From a virus (Duplodnaviria; Caudoviricetes): a stretch of 64,000 nt of DNA. The stretch lies in the IMG/VR virus record IMGVR_UViG_3300046460_000097; one strand, 5' to 3'. Every line of letters starts with the position of its first letter. Positions within the stretch are counted from its first letter, which is position 1. Shown here piece by piece: positions 1 to 9,541 of the stretch. Under the pieces are notes generated by a model. The model worked only from the letters and a program-made list of their open reading frames with translations, was not told the origin of the DNA and made no database searches. The translations under genes and the position numbers were made by a program.

Positions 1-1851
1 GACATCGAAGTGTCGTATGAGATCGATCCAAACACCAACATCATGACCAAACTGAGTCAGATCAATCTCCCAACGATCGACTTCAACAACCCTGCATCAC
101 TCCCAGGCTACAGTGGGATCTGGTCGCAGATGGTGACGAGTCAGGACCGGGTGGGTAGTGTGGTGCTAGACGACCTCACGCTTATCAGTTCTGGCGCGTT
201 AAAGTACGGCGGGTTCCCTTGGTTTGCGAAACTCATCAAACCACTCGGGGTGATCAACAAGTACGACATGTTGTCGAAAGTCTGGCATGACCTTCCGGTG
301 GCGATGTACACCAACTCGATTGAAGGGGTCGTTCCGCCAACCGCCAACAGCGTGGCTCCACGTCCACCACTGCAGTTCCCGGGTGCCGAAGTCTTCATGT
401 CGTTGCGTGGGGATGCTTCTGATGCGTTGGGGCTGTACATCAAACGCATCTCTGGCAAGTATGCTTGGCGCGCTAACGTACAGAACCTTACCGTTCCCAA
501 CATCGTGTCTCGGCCACTGACTAACAACATTCGCCGTATCAATGCATTACCAGGCACCGGCGGTGCTACGGTGAGCGTACCGTCTGCTAACCTCGACGCT
601 TACGGTATCGAGATTGCAGCTTCTTCGTTCTGTATGAATGTTCAACGGCGTTACTTTGATCGTGATACTCAGGGCGCTGCGTGGACTCCTGCGGTTGGGT
701 TGGATGACATCTTGGTGATGTCTACCCACGCCTTCAGGGATGAGGCTGACGGCACAACCAGTATCCTGCCGGGCACAGAGGTGCTCTACTCAGCAGCAAT
801 TGTTGAGGCGCTTAAACAGCAGGTTGAAGTACCGGGCCTGGTTAATGGCGGACAGAAGTGCATCGTATCCGTTTGCGACCCTAACGGTCAGTTGGCTCCC
901 CAGTTCGGTTGGTTGCCAGTAATTGTAACCATCCACTATGCCGAACCGGTTGACTTCTCTCGTCGTATTACCGTGCTGACGATCACCCCGTCGTACGTGG
1001 GATCGGGCAACCGTGCGGTGGTAACTGGGTTCACAGTGCTGGATAAGCTTCACTGGATGTACCGAGGGGCTTCGTCTGAGCAGCGCCCAGGCTATTGGGA
1101 CGCGTGGTTGACAGGTGGTCACATTGCAAGTAGCGGTGCCGACCAACGATACAACCAGCCAGGCCAGCACGTCCTGTATTACTTGGACGGTAACAAGCTG
1201 GATGTTTATGTCGACCCTGCAGTTCAAACTGCGGCCTACAGTAACGTGGTTGGTGTTGGTGCTCAGTTGCATTACGAGAACCGTAACACCCAGCGTTGGA
1301 CGTCGGCTAACCCTGCTGCTACTCAGGTAAACGTTATGCCGTATGCAGTGACACCTGATAATGGGATCACTCCTACTTGGCTCTACCAAGAGTCTACGGG
1401 TGCTGCCGGTATCATTGCCAAGGGTGCGGTAAACAACCCGTTGCTGGCGTCGGTGTATCCGGAAATCGGTTGGGTGATCTTCTTCCAGGCACCTACGGAT
1501 GCCGTGTTCCAAGGGAAGCCTTACACCTTCCCGGCCGGGCTGATCGATCTGCGGGATATTGACGCGGCTCCAGGCAACAAGACGTTCTACGTTTACGCCA
1601 CTTTGGTAAGCGGGAAGCCAACGTATCAAGTGACCACTCAGAAGCGTTTGGAAACTCTTACCCAGTTGTGGGCTGCTACGGTGAAAACCAACGGTAGCCA
1701 GATTATCTCGGTAGAGCGACTGAACGTCTTTGCACTGAACGGTCATCGTATCACAGAAGTAAAACGCGGTAACTCCATCCCGGGTGCATCGGGCTTGGTC
1801 AACGAGGAAGGTCAAATCCCTTGGTTCTACCCAAGCGAGATCCTTCCTTAA
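1..1851 (+). CDS. Tail fibre/baseplate-associated virion protein, probably 5'-truncated by the window edge
   Basis: Frame is open from base 1. C-terminal ~125 aa (GWVIFFQ...IDLRDIDAAPGNKTFYVY...RGNSIPGASG) is clearly paralogous to the C-terminus of the next gene. Confidence 0.7.
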   Translation, partial: DIEVSYEIDPNTNIMTKLSQINLPTIDFNNPASLPGYSGIWSQMVTSQDRVGSVVLDDLTLISSGALKYGGFPWFAKLIKPLGVINKYDMLSKVWHDLPVAMYTNSIEGVVPPTANSVAPRPPLQFPGAEVFMSLRGDASDALGLYIKRISGKYAWRANVQNLTVPNIVSRPLTNNIRRINALPGTGGATVSVPSANLDAYGIEIAASSFCMNVQRRYFDRDTQGAAWTPAVGLDDILVMSTHAFRDEADGTTSILPGTEVLYSAAIVEALKQQVEVPGLVNGGQKCIVSVCDPNGQLAPQFGWLPVIVTIHYAEPVDFSRRITVLTITPSYVGSGNRAVVTGFTVLDKLHWMYRGASSEQRPGYWDAWLTGGHIASSGADQRYNQPGQHVLYYLDGNKLDVYVDPAVQTAAYSNVVGVGAQLHYENRNTQRWTSANPAATQVNVMPYAVTPDNGITPTWLYQESTGAAGIIAKGAVNNPLLASVYPEIGWVIFFQAPTDAVFQGKPYTFPAGLIDLRDIDAAPGNKTFYVYATLVSGKPTYQVTTQKRLETLTQLWAATVKTNGSQIISVERLNVFALNGHRITEVKRGNSIPGASGLVNEEGQIPWFYPSEILP

Positions 1852-1863
1852 CACTAGGTATAA

Positions 1864-1895
1864 AGGGGAGTGGGTCTAACCCTCCCCTCCTCTTT
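1864..1895 (+). terminator. Intergenic stem-loop, terminator or attenuator
   Basis: AGGGGAGTGGG/CCCTCCCCT inverted repeat just after the stop codon, followed by CTCTTT. Confidence 0.5.
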
Positions 1896-1910
1896 AATAA
1901 GGCTATCGCA

Positions 1911-4900
1911 ATGGATTCCATTCCTCTCGTAAAGTTTGATATTCGGGGCACTGAGCCCGTGAACACCATTACTGGAGAAAAGTGGAAACTGACAGACAAA
2001 ACCCTTAACTGGTATTTGCCTGACGGTTCTCCTTTCTTCGGGGAAGCTGGCCTGGTCGTAATGCGTGACCAGCGCGGCGCACTCATGCGGCGTGATCGTG
2101 ACTACTACGTAGAAGGTGAGTTTGTACCCTTCTGCAACATCACCGGTCGTTCTATCTGTTCTTACATCCGGTTGTCTGACGCCATCGTTCTGAACAACGA
2201 CTTCGTGACCATTGACTATCAAAGTCTCGGAGCCTACTTCGTTCCTCGCAGTAACTTGGAGGAATGGATTTACATGATGAACGCGGGTAAGATTCCTATC
2301 CCGTGGAGTAAGGTGTTTGGCGTACCTCCGACGTTGCCGCCGGAGTATCACACGCACAACATCAAGACGGAGATCAGTGATTGGTTTGACTTCACTCAGT
2401 TCTTCATCCAGTTGAAAGGCATCCGTATGTCTCGCGACTACACGTTCAACGACAAGTTGACTGTAGTGGTGGACGACGCCTACGACAAGCTGTATGACGC
2501 ACGTGATGACCAGCTGAACCGTTTGCAGCTGCACGACGGCAACTACCACAACCCGCACATCATCGGCGCGCCACATCTCCTGTTGGGTAACGTGGACAAC
2601 TTCGCGACCGCGACCCCTGCTGAAGACTTGGCGGGTGTGGCTGCTGATAAGTTCAGCACGCCTTACGGTGTAGTGCAGTTGGCGAAGACGTACGTTCCAG
2701 ATACTGACAAGGCGATGCTCTCAGGTATCATGCCTATCAGTTCGTTCGGTGGTGAGAGTTTTATCCCTCCCAACATCAGTGGTTCGTTTGAAGGTCTGGG
2801 ATCTGTGTCTGATTGCTCGGCAATCTGTTTGGAAGACAACGGTCTGTTGATGATCCTGACCAACCACAACGATGGGCGATCGGAAGGTCTATACTTCTCC
2901 TACGTCGAGAACTACAACAAGGCAGATGCCAAGTACGTGTATTCTGCGTTCAAGTATTCCCCTGCTTCGTTGACAGCTATTGGCATCAACCCGACCGCTA
3001 TCGTGGCCGGTAGTAACCACAAAGTTATTATGGTTGGCCTTCCTGGAACTAATAACTGGTATGTGGCGATTACCAACGGTACACTGAACCCAGCGTCTCA
3101 TGCGTATGTTAAATGCGACATGACCAACGTGATTGCCTTGTACGGTGGCACGACCTTCAGCAGCCACGACAAGTCGACCGTTCACTTCATGGGTGACTGG
3201 CTGTTGCTGGTTCAGAGCACCGGTATCGGCAGCGATGAGAAGCACACGTTCTTCCGTGCTCCAGTGGCCAGCATTATTGCCGGTACTCCAGTTACTTGGA
3301 CTCGGTTGGATCTGACCTTCGCGGACTACGACGGTGTAGCCTACACCAACTCCACCTTCTGGAAACCAATGGTTCCGGCGCAAGTGGGCGGGAAGTGGAC
3401 TCGTAACGGGCCTTGGACTTATCGTCAACCTGTTACCACGTTGAACAAGAGTGGACGGACTGCGTCTCTTTCCTGTGCCAACCCGAATGCTTCAGGCTCT
3501 TATCTGTTGCAGATTCTTCTGGGTAGCGCGGGCGTCTACAACGACGGTGCCGGTACGATCATCAACATCACGGTGATCATGTCGATGGGCTATTCGATTA
3601 ACCCAGCTACCGGTGTTATGACGTTGCTCAACAAGACACCGGCGTACGAGATGGGTTTCACGGACTCCACTCAGGCAGAGAAGAACGCCTACCTCAACGA
3701 TTACTACGCTGGCTGGTACAACCCGACCATTCAAAGTAACTCGGCGTCTATCGTTGTGCTGCCAAGCGGCGAGACAGTGTGCGCGACAATTGAGGACGGT
3801 AACGACTTCCCCGCCATTATCGAGGTCTATGGTCATACAGGCAAAACCACTGACGCGGCACTGCTGGCTGGTGGATTGTGGAATGCGGTAGCTCCCCCGG
3901 TAAACCGCAAGTACCTGTTGCCTCAACTGCGGTCTCCGTTGTTGAGTGGTACGTTCCCTGGGACGATGACGTTTGAACCAGATGGCGAGCTGTATGGCGC
4001 CATGGAGCAAGCAACCAACAACCGTAAAACGTATCTTCGTTTGGTGACAGGCGGCTATCAAGCACGGGCTGGTATCACCAACCTGAAGTTGCCTAACCTG
4101 CAAGCACGTCCTCTGTCGAACGCGGTGTTTGAAACCAACCTGACATACACCGACGGTGTTATCGGGATGACCGGTTCTGCTGCTGATTTGGTAGCCGGTG
4201 GGGTGGAGATGGGTAGTACCAGTTTCAGCACTTGTGGTTGGAGCTCGTACCAGACGACCAGCAACTTCTATCCGCGTAACAACGCGCTCAAGGCACCAGC
4301 TGGGAACAACGTGTTGCAAACGTTCCCTCGGACTACCCAGCGCGTATTGGACAACGTCGGTAAGAAAGCGACCTACACGGGGGTAACCTTCTACGGGTTC
4401 CGTCAAGCATTTGTCGACAAGCTGAAGACGTTTATCCCGGCTGAGTTCCAGAACACCAAGTACTGGGCATTCTCCTTGCACATGCTAGGGGCTGAGAACG
4501 GCGGAATGTTTACTGGAATGAACGTTGCGATGGCGGTGATTCATTTCATTGATGCCGCTAACACGACGATCCGTACACAATTGGTGTTGTTCCGTCCAGT
4601 GGTAGAAGCACCCAATGCCGACCACCCTGGGGTTTACCTGATCAGTGATGTTACTGTTCTGGATACACCACCGCACTTCCGTAATGGTGTCAACGTCAAG
4701 ATCAACGACGTTAACTTCATTCTGAGTACGCAGGCGCACAAACCACGTGGGTTCTTCAACGTCTATCGTGATAACGGTAAACTGAAGGTGTTCTTTGTAT
4801 CGCCTTACAGTACCGTGACGAGCGCCACGGTCTACACCAAGTTGTTCTCCACGTTCGACATAGATCTTGCCACCAACAAGGTCACGGGTACGTATGGTCA

Positions 4901-5498
4901 GTCGTCTAGCTGGTCGCAGAACGATCCTGTCATGATGGTGCCTAAGGTGGGGATGACCGATCTCGTCTTGACCGGAACTGTCCCTGATACTGGCGGCCTT
5001 CAATATCCGGTTAACATCTATGCGGAAACCGGTGGTGCGGCGAGTATCTTCAGGAAGACTAATCCAGACACCAGCTTCACGTATTACTTGGGTGGGTCTG
5101 CTTATCCTGAGACTGGTTGGTCGTTGTTTTTCCAAGACAACATCGCGGTGATGATCAACGGCGCTGCTTATCGTGTACCAGGTGGTTCTATTGACCTGCG
5201 TGACATCGATGCGGCTCCACAGAACAAAACGTACTACGTGTATGTGACGATCGAAGATGATTTACCCCGTTACTTGCTGTCGATCCTCCCTCTACGTAAG
5301 AGCGGTTCGATGATGCGAGTAGCTACGGTAGTCACCAACGCGAGTTCTATCGTTACCATCACGCGGGAACAACCGTTCATGGTCGGTGATCTGCTCCTGA
5401 GCTACACTCGTGAGGGTGGTATCATCCCTATGAGCTCCGGCTTCCCTCAAGATGAAGGTTCGTTTGTATTCGTACACAACGGCGAGCTGCTGGCTTAA
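1911..5498 (+). CDS. Large tail fibre/baseplate virion protein (~1195 aa)
   Basis: ATG at 1911 after AAGG; the track start at 1821 overlaps the upstream gene. Carries NPH..LGNVDNFATAT fibre motif and the shared IDLRDIDAAP C-terminal domain. Confidence 0.75.
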   Translation: MDSIPLVKFDIRGTEPVNTITGEKWKLTDKTLNWYLPDGSPFFGEAGLVVMRDQRGALMRRDRDYYVEGEFVPFCNITGRSICSYIRLSDAIVLNNDFVTIDYQSLGAYFVPRSNLEEWIYMMNAGKIPIPWSKVFGVPPTLPPEYHTHNIKTEISDWFDFTQFFIQLKGIRMSRDYTFNDKLTVVVDDAYDKLYDARDDQLNRLQLHDGNYHNPHIIGAPHLLLGNVDNFATATPAEDLAGVAADKFSTPYGVVQLAKTYVPDTDKAMLSGIMPISSFGGESFIPPNISGSFEGLGSVSDCSAICLEDNGLLMILTNHNDGRSEGLYFSYVENYNKADAKYVYSAFKYSPASLTAIGINPTAIVAGSNHKVIMVGLPGTNNWYVAITNGTLNPASHAYVKCDMTNVIALYGGTTFSSHDKSTVHFMGDWLLLVQSTGIGSDEKHTFFRAPVASIIAGTPVTWTRLDLTFADYDGVAYTNSTFWKPMVPAQVGGKWTRNGPWTYRQPVTTLNKSGRTASLSCANPNASGSYLLQILLGSAGVYNDGAGTIINITVIMSMGYSINPATGVMTLLNKTPAYEMGFTDSTQAEKNAYLNDYYAGWYNPTIQSNSASIVVLPSGETVCATIEDGNDFPAIIEVYGHTGKTTDAALLAGGLWNAVAPPVNRKYLLPQLRSPLLSGTFPGTMTFEPDGELYGAMEQATNNRKTYLRLVTGGYQARAGITNLKLPNLQARPLSNAVFETNLTYTDGVIGMTGSAADLVAGGVEMGSTSFSTCGWSSYQTTSNFYPRNNALKAPAGNNVLQTFPRTTQRVLDNVGKKATYTGVTFYGFRQAFVDKLKTFIPAEFQNTKYWAFSLHMLGAENGGMFTGMNVAMAVIHFIDAANTTIRTQLVLFRPVVEAPNADHPGVYLISDVTVLDTPPHFRNGVNVKINDVNFILSTQAHKPRGFFNVYRDNGKLKVFFVSPYSTVTSATVYTKLFSTFDIDLATNKVTGTYGQSSSWSQNDPVMMVPKVGMTDLVLTGTVPDTGGLQYPVNIYAETGGAASIFRKTNPDTSFTYYLGGSAYPETGWSLFFQDNIAVMINGAAYRVPGGSIDLRDIDAAPQNKTYYVYVTIEDDLPRYLLSILPLRKSGSMMRVATVVTNASSIVTITREQPFMVGDLLLSYTREGGIIPMSSGFPQDEGSFVFVHNGELLA

Positions 5499-5504
5499 CA
5501 CTTC

Positions 5505-5530
5505 GGGGGAGGCAACTCCCCCATTCCTTT
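5505..5530 (+). terminator. Intrinsic terminator-like hairpin
   Basis: GGGGGAG-GCAA-CTCCCCC with a GNRA loop, followed by ATTCCTTT. Confidence 0.65.
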
Positions 5531-5555
5531 CCTGCTCGACCAATGGAGAACGTCT

Positions 5556-8435
5556 ATGATTATTCTGGGCGGGGAACCACCCTTTGTAGATACCCCCGAG
5601 CCACGGTTCGGAGAAGTCATCAAAAAGATGAACGCGTTTGTCGAAGCCATTCACGTGGCAACAGACAACTTCAACAACAACAACGCAGATAAACTGGAGA
5701 CCATCAAAGAGGACGTACAAGAGTTCGTTGACACGGTAGCCATTCCTGTCGATACTCACTTGGCTGCTCGGGGCCCTCAGCACGGTGAAACCAAAGCGTC
5801 TGTGGGCCTGGAGAAGAAGGATAACTTCCGAACCGCTACATTGGCTGAGCAGATTGCTTTCGCACCTGTACAAGCCTTTGTAACGCCCCAGGGAGCCAAG
5901 GCTGCACTGGCTGCCAGCAACGGTTCGTTCAAACTGTCAGATTACCAGAACAACGACATGTTCCAATTCGCGTCGTTCTTCTATCCGGACTATTATCCGG
6001 TGGTAACCCCGACTGTTAACGACCCTGTTCGTTACTTCGGCCCAAGCAAGAAGACTGGTCTCCTATTGAACGGAGATAAACTGGTGTTCTCCCCGCTGTC
6101 TGACAGTGTGCGGTACACCTACCAGTCAATCTTTACCTCGATGCCGACAGGTATCTCCAAGGGCACTCGCCTAGGCGAGATCACCAATCTGAACGCCAGC
6201 TACTTGACAGCCAGTTGGAACACGGTGGGCTGCGACACGACTGATGGATTGACTGCTTTCTTTAAGCCATTGGCTGACAAGAAGATCTACCAGTACAAGA
6301 ACAACCTTGCCATGGCGGGCACCAACAAGAACTACCTGTTGTACAGCATGTCGACTAACGCGGCCTACAAAGGTATTGCGGTGTCGTCGTCGTTTGTTGG
6401 CACTGCGATTACACTGTATCACAAGTTCTTCTCGACAGCTAACCCGGGTACCGATCCTGCATTGGGTGACCAAGTTGCTGGTTCTTATCTGGGGTTGTTT
6501 GATCGTTTCGACACACCTCAGTACTCAGGCCCTGCCAACGGCAGTCAGACATTCGATCTGAAAGACTACGTCGACCTGCCACCCCAAGCTACTATCGACA
6601 TCTCCGGCGGCAGCCATGGGATCGTTACCACGTTGTTGTGGAACATTCCTAATGGTGAGGCGTATCTGCATGTCGCAGTGCCTTGTACGGCTCGTTTAGC
6701 GGGTAAGACCCAGAAGCTGGTGTTTGGGTTCATCCTGTCGATCGTTCCGGGAACCCTGTCACCCGGCGGTAGCGCTGTGTTCCGGCAACTGGGTACTCGT
6801 GCTAAAGACACGTTGGGCGCGAACCTGTTACCTGCGGGTCAGTCTAACTGGTTCAAAGACGGTAATCTGTTTGACTTCTTCAACCTCACGCAATATCCGG
6901 GGGTCATGTTGAACTCGGGTGAGTTGGTTAAGGCGGCTTCCACCAAGCTGGGTACTCGGGTCAAACGGTTCGGTACAGACTACGCAGGAATGAAAGATTT
7001 CCTGTTGGCTGAACGTCCTGTTATTGATGCGCGCTTGGCGTCTACAGAAATGTATGCCCCAATGCGCCATGCTTGCTTCGGTTTGATTCCTGAACGAATC
7101 ATTCCTTACAGTCAAGACAGCATCAACGCCCTTTATCTGGTATACGGTGCAGACGAAATCACCGGTCGTTTCGGTTGGCGCGACTACAGCTGGGCTACTG
7201 CCAGCATTGTGAGCACTCAATCAGGTGACGGCACGTTCGGTATCGCCCTCCCGGGCAGCACCAAGGCTGTTGAGACTATCTCGGACGTACCTCCTGGGTT
7301 GTCGATCTATGTCAACAAGGCAGGTCTCGGCGTGGCTGTCAGTGCGTTGGCGTTCAACGAGGCAAACGGCTACGTGGGCAAGGCTAGCTTTCAGTACCTT
7401 AACGGGACACTGACAGTTGGTGCTGACGTCTCCCTCGCTATCCCAAGCCTGATCGCCATTCGGGCCGCCAGCGGTAGTGTGATGCTACGCGCAGCCGCCG
7501 CCAACCCATTGGTGAACGCAGCTCTGCGTACTCCGTCGATCCAAGTGTTTAAGCTGAACGCTACTAAGGTTATCGTGTTGATCAGTGATGGTCTGAACTA
7601 TGCTGAAGTGGGCGTAGCCGACTACACTGTGACGGGTAGCAAATGCACCCTGACGTTCCAGACCACCAACGGGCTCAAGTTGTACCCGGCAACCAACGGC
7701 GGGCAACCTGCAATCGCGGGCAACCGTTATTCGCAGTCGGGTGATGATCCTTGGATGAATTACTCGGACATGCTGGCAGTGATGGTGGACGCTAACACGT
7801 ACAACATCGTCTTCCCACGTGCGTTCGGTAACATCTACGGTGACGTGAGCTGTTCCATCGCTGGTGTGAACGGAGCTACTCAGACAGTCACTAAAGGCAA
7901 GGTCAACTACGCCCGTCTGTACCAAGGCGTGGATGCGTTCGATACGGTCGAAGAAGTCTATCCGGCTCTCCTTATCCCTAACAAGGGTGTGTACCAATAC
8001 GAACCGACCAACTCCCGGGCTGCAACTCTGATGAATGAAGTTGGCGGGACTACGAAAGTGGATCCTTACAACATCAACGAATCGGGTTGGGTGCGGTTGC
8101 CTGCTGGCGCTCGCTTTGTAGTGAACGGCCGCACAGTTATCTTGGATCGGGATTACTCGGTTAAGGTGGCGACCTCTGGTGTGACCTACTGCTACTTGCG
8201 ACGTTCCGGTACTAACTTGTCGACCATCGCTTCGAGCATTCAGCGCGAGCCGGTTAACAACGAAGTATTGTTCGGCATCTCCACCAACGGAGTGCTGGCA
8301 TTGCAGAAGAGTTACATCGTGATGGACAGTCGTTCTATCAGTGCGACTCGACACGGCTCTGCTATCCCATGCTTTATCGATGATGGCGGACAAGGTGTGA
8401 ACCAGTTCTTTACTCGTCGAGATGTGAAGTCGTAA
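5556..8435 (+). CDS. Tail fibre-like virion protein (959 aa), third paralog
   Basis: HGETKASVGLEKKDNFRTAT resembles the NPH..LGNVDN motif; C-terminus (GWV...TYCYL...RHGSAIP) is a diverged copy of the shared domain. Confidence 0.7.
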   Translation: MIILGGEPPFVDTPEPRFGEVIKKMNAFVEAIHVATDNFNNNNADKLETIKEDVQEFVDTVAIPVDTHLAARGPQHGETKASVGLEKKDNFRTATLAEQIAFAPVQAFVTPQGAKAALAASNGSFKLSDYQNNDMFQFASFFYPDYYPVVTPTVNDPVRYFGPSKKTGLLLNGDKLVFSPLSDSVRYTYQSIFTSMPTGISKGTRLGEITNLNASYLTASWNTVGCDTTDGLTAFFKPLADKKIYQYKNNLAMAGTNKNYLLYSMSTNAAYKGIAVSSSFVGTAITLYHKFFSTANPGTDPALGDQVAGSYLGLFDRFDTPQYSGPANGSQTFDLKDYVDLPPQATIDISGGSHGIVTTLLWNIPNGEAYLHVAVPCTARLAGKTQKLVFGFILSIVPGTLSPGGSAVFRQLGTRAKDTLGANLLPAGQSNWFKDGNLFDFFNLTQYPGVMLNSGELVKAASTKLGTRVKRFGTDYAGMKDFLLAERPVIDARLASTEMYAPMRHACFGLIPERIIPYSQDSINALYLVYGADEITGRFGWRDYSWATASIVSTQSGDGTFGIALPGSTKAVETISDVPPGLSIYVNKAGLGVAVSALAFNEANGYVGKASFQYLNGTLTVGADVSLAIPSLIAIRAASGSVMLRAAAANPLVNAALRTPSIQVFKLNATKVIVLISDGLNYAEVGVADYTVTGSKCTLTFQTTNGLKLYPATNGGQPAIAGNRYSQSGDDPWMNYSDMLAVMVDANTYNIVFPRAFGNIYGDVSCSIAGVNGATQTVTKGKVNYARLYQGVDAFDTVEEVYPALLIPNKGVYQYEPTNSRAATLMNEVGGTTKVDPYNINESGWVRLPAGARFVVNGRTVILDRDYSVKVATSGVTYCYLRRSGTNLSTIASSIQREPVNNEVLFGISTNGVLALQKSYIVMDSRSISATRHGSAIPCFIDDGGQGVNQFFTRRDVKS

Positions 8436-8444
8436 ATATAACCC

Positions 8445-8477
8445 CTACCCTACAGCCCCATAAAGGCTGTAGGGTAG
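8445..8477. terminator. Bidirectional terminator hairpin between convergent genes
   Basis: Perfect 13-bp stem CTACCCTACAGCC/GGCTGTAGGGTAG. Confidence 0.8.
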
Positions 8478-8485
8478 TAAGGTTG

Positions 8486-9487
8486 TTAACCGCCAGTTGG
8501 TACAGGAGGACCGGATGTATCGCTACCGCCTCTGACCCCAGTCTGAACGTGGTAGTTGAGGGAAGTAAGGGAAGTAACGTCAACGTCAGCATGGATAGTG
8601 CCGCTGCTGTCGATGTTACCATCTTGAGTCATATCACCTTCCTGATCAATATCACCACTAAGGTTGTAATTGCCTTCTTGGGTGTAGTCGCCGACTTGCT
8701 CGGTATCACCCGTGTGTTCGATGCGACCTTTCCAACGAGTCAGACCCACGTCAATATTCATCTCTTCAGCTTGAATGTTGATCGTCTTGGTCTTGATGTT
8801 GATGTCCACGTCTGTAAACAGGTTTAACTGTTCCGGCATGTAGACCGTCATCTTCTTCTTTTCGATGCGAAGGAATGACTTATCCGCGTTGGTATAAGTG
8901 AAAGCGCGTTCCATGTCGTTCATGACCATGAAACTACCTTCATTACCACCGATCTGGATGATCCCTTCCATCCCGTTGATCTGGATGTCCCACATCGACT
9001 TCTCGCCGTTGGCCATAGCAGTACGAACCGCCATTAACCCTGTGCGAGTATCGACCTTGGCCATGTAGAACTTGTCAACATCGAAGTCAGCGTTCTCACT
9101 GACATCAGGACTACCACTCCAGCCCCACATCACCGATTCCAAACGGAAGGTGCTGGCGTTAACCCCGTCGGTGGTCCAGTAGTACTTGTTCTGACCGGAT
9201 ACCTGATAGATGGCTACCTGAGAACCTTCCCGTACGTCAGGTGACGTCAGGCGGTTAGTGTTGCCCATGTTCTTCCACACGGCAGGAACCGCGTTACTGT
9301 GCATCAAGGTGCTTTTGATTTCTTCGCCAGCGGCGTTAACACTAGAGCGGTCTACTTGTTTTACGCTAGCAGATACACGTCCATCAGCCTGTGGGAATAG
9401 GCTGGGCAAGTACACCATGATCTGATCGGTGTTCGTGTCTTTGGTGGCGGCGACCGTACCGACCCCTAGACAATTCAATAAGTTCAT
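8486..9487 (-). CDS. Baseplate central spike (gpV/gp5-like, phiKZ gp164-type)
   Basis: OB-fold-like N-terminus, then ~6-residue GDxxQxGN beta-helix repeats and a HVQTGVRGGSDTSGPP apex; divergent from an SbcC gene as in phiKZ-like phages. Confidence 0.75.
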   Translation of the reverse strand: MNLLNCLGVGTVAATKDTNTDQIMVYLPSLFPQADGRVSASVKQVDRSSVNAAGEEIKSTLMHSNAVPAVWKNMGNTNRLTSPDVREGSQVAIYQVSGQNKYYWTTDGVNASTFRLESVMWGWSGSPDVSENADFDVDKFYMAKVDTRTGLMAVRTAMANGEKSMWDIQINGMEGIIQIGGNEGSFMVMNDMERAFTYTNADKSFLRIEKKKMTVYMPEQLNLFTDVDINIKTKTINIQAEEMNIDVGLTRWKGRIEHTGDTEQVGDYTQEGNYNLSGDIDQEGDMTQDGNIDSSGTIHADVDVTSLTSLNYHVQTGVRGGSDTSGPPVPTGG

Positions 9488-9541
9488 ACTAATCGTCCTA
9501 TTCTGTAGGCTTCCACGAATTTTTCATAAAGAATCTTAACT

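Noticed and set aside
1821-1910. ORF-track start of the 1225-aa protein
   Set aside because: It overlaps the upstream stop and an intergenic hairpin; ATG 1911 is more plausible. Starts were similarly shortened for 18516, 23905, 30833, 33439, 42216 and 52978.
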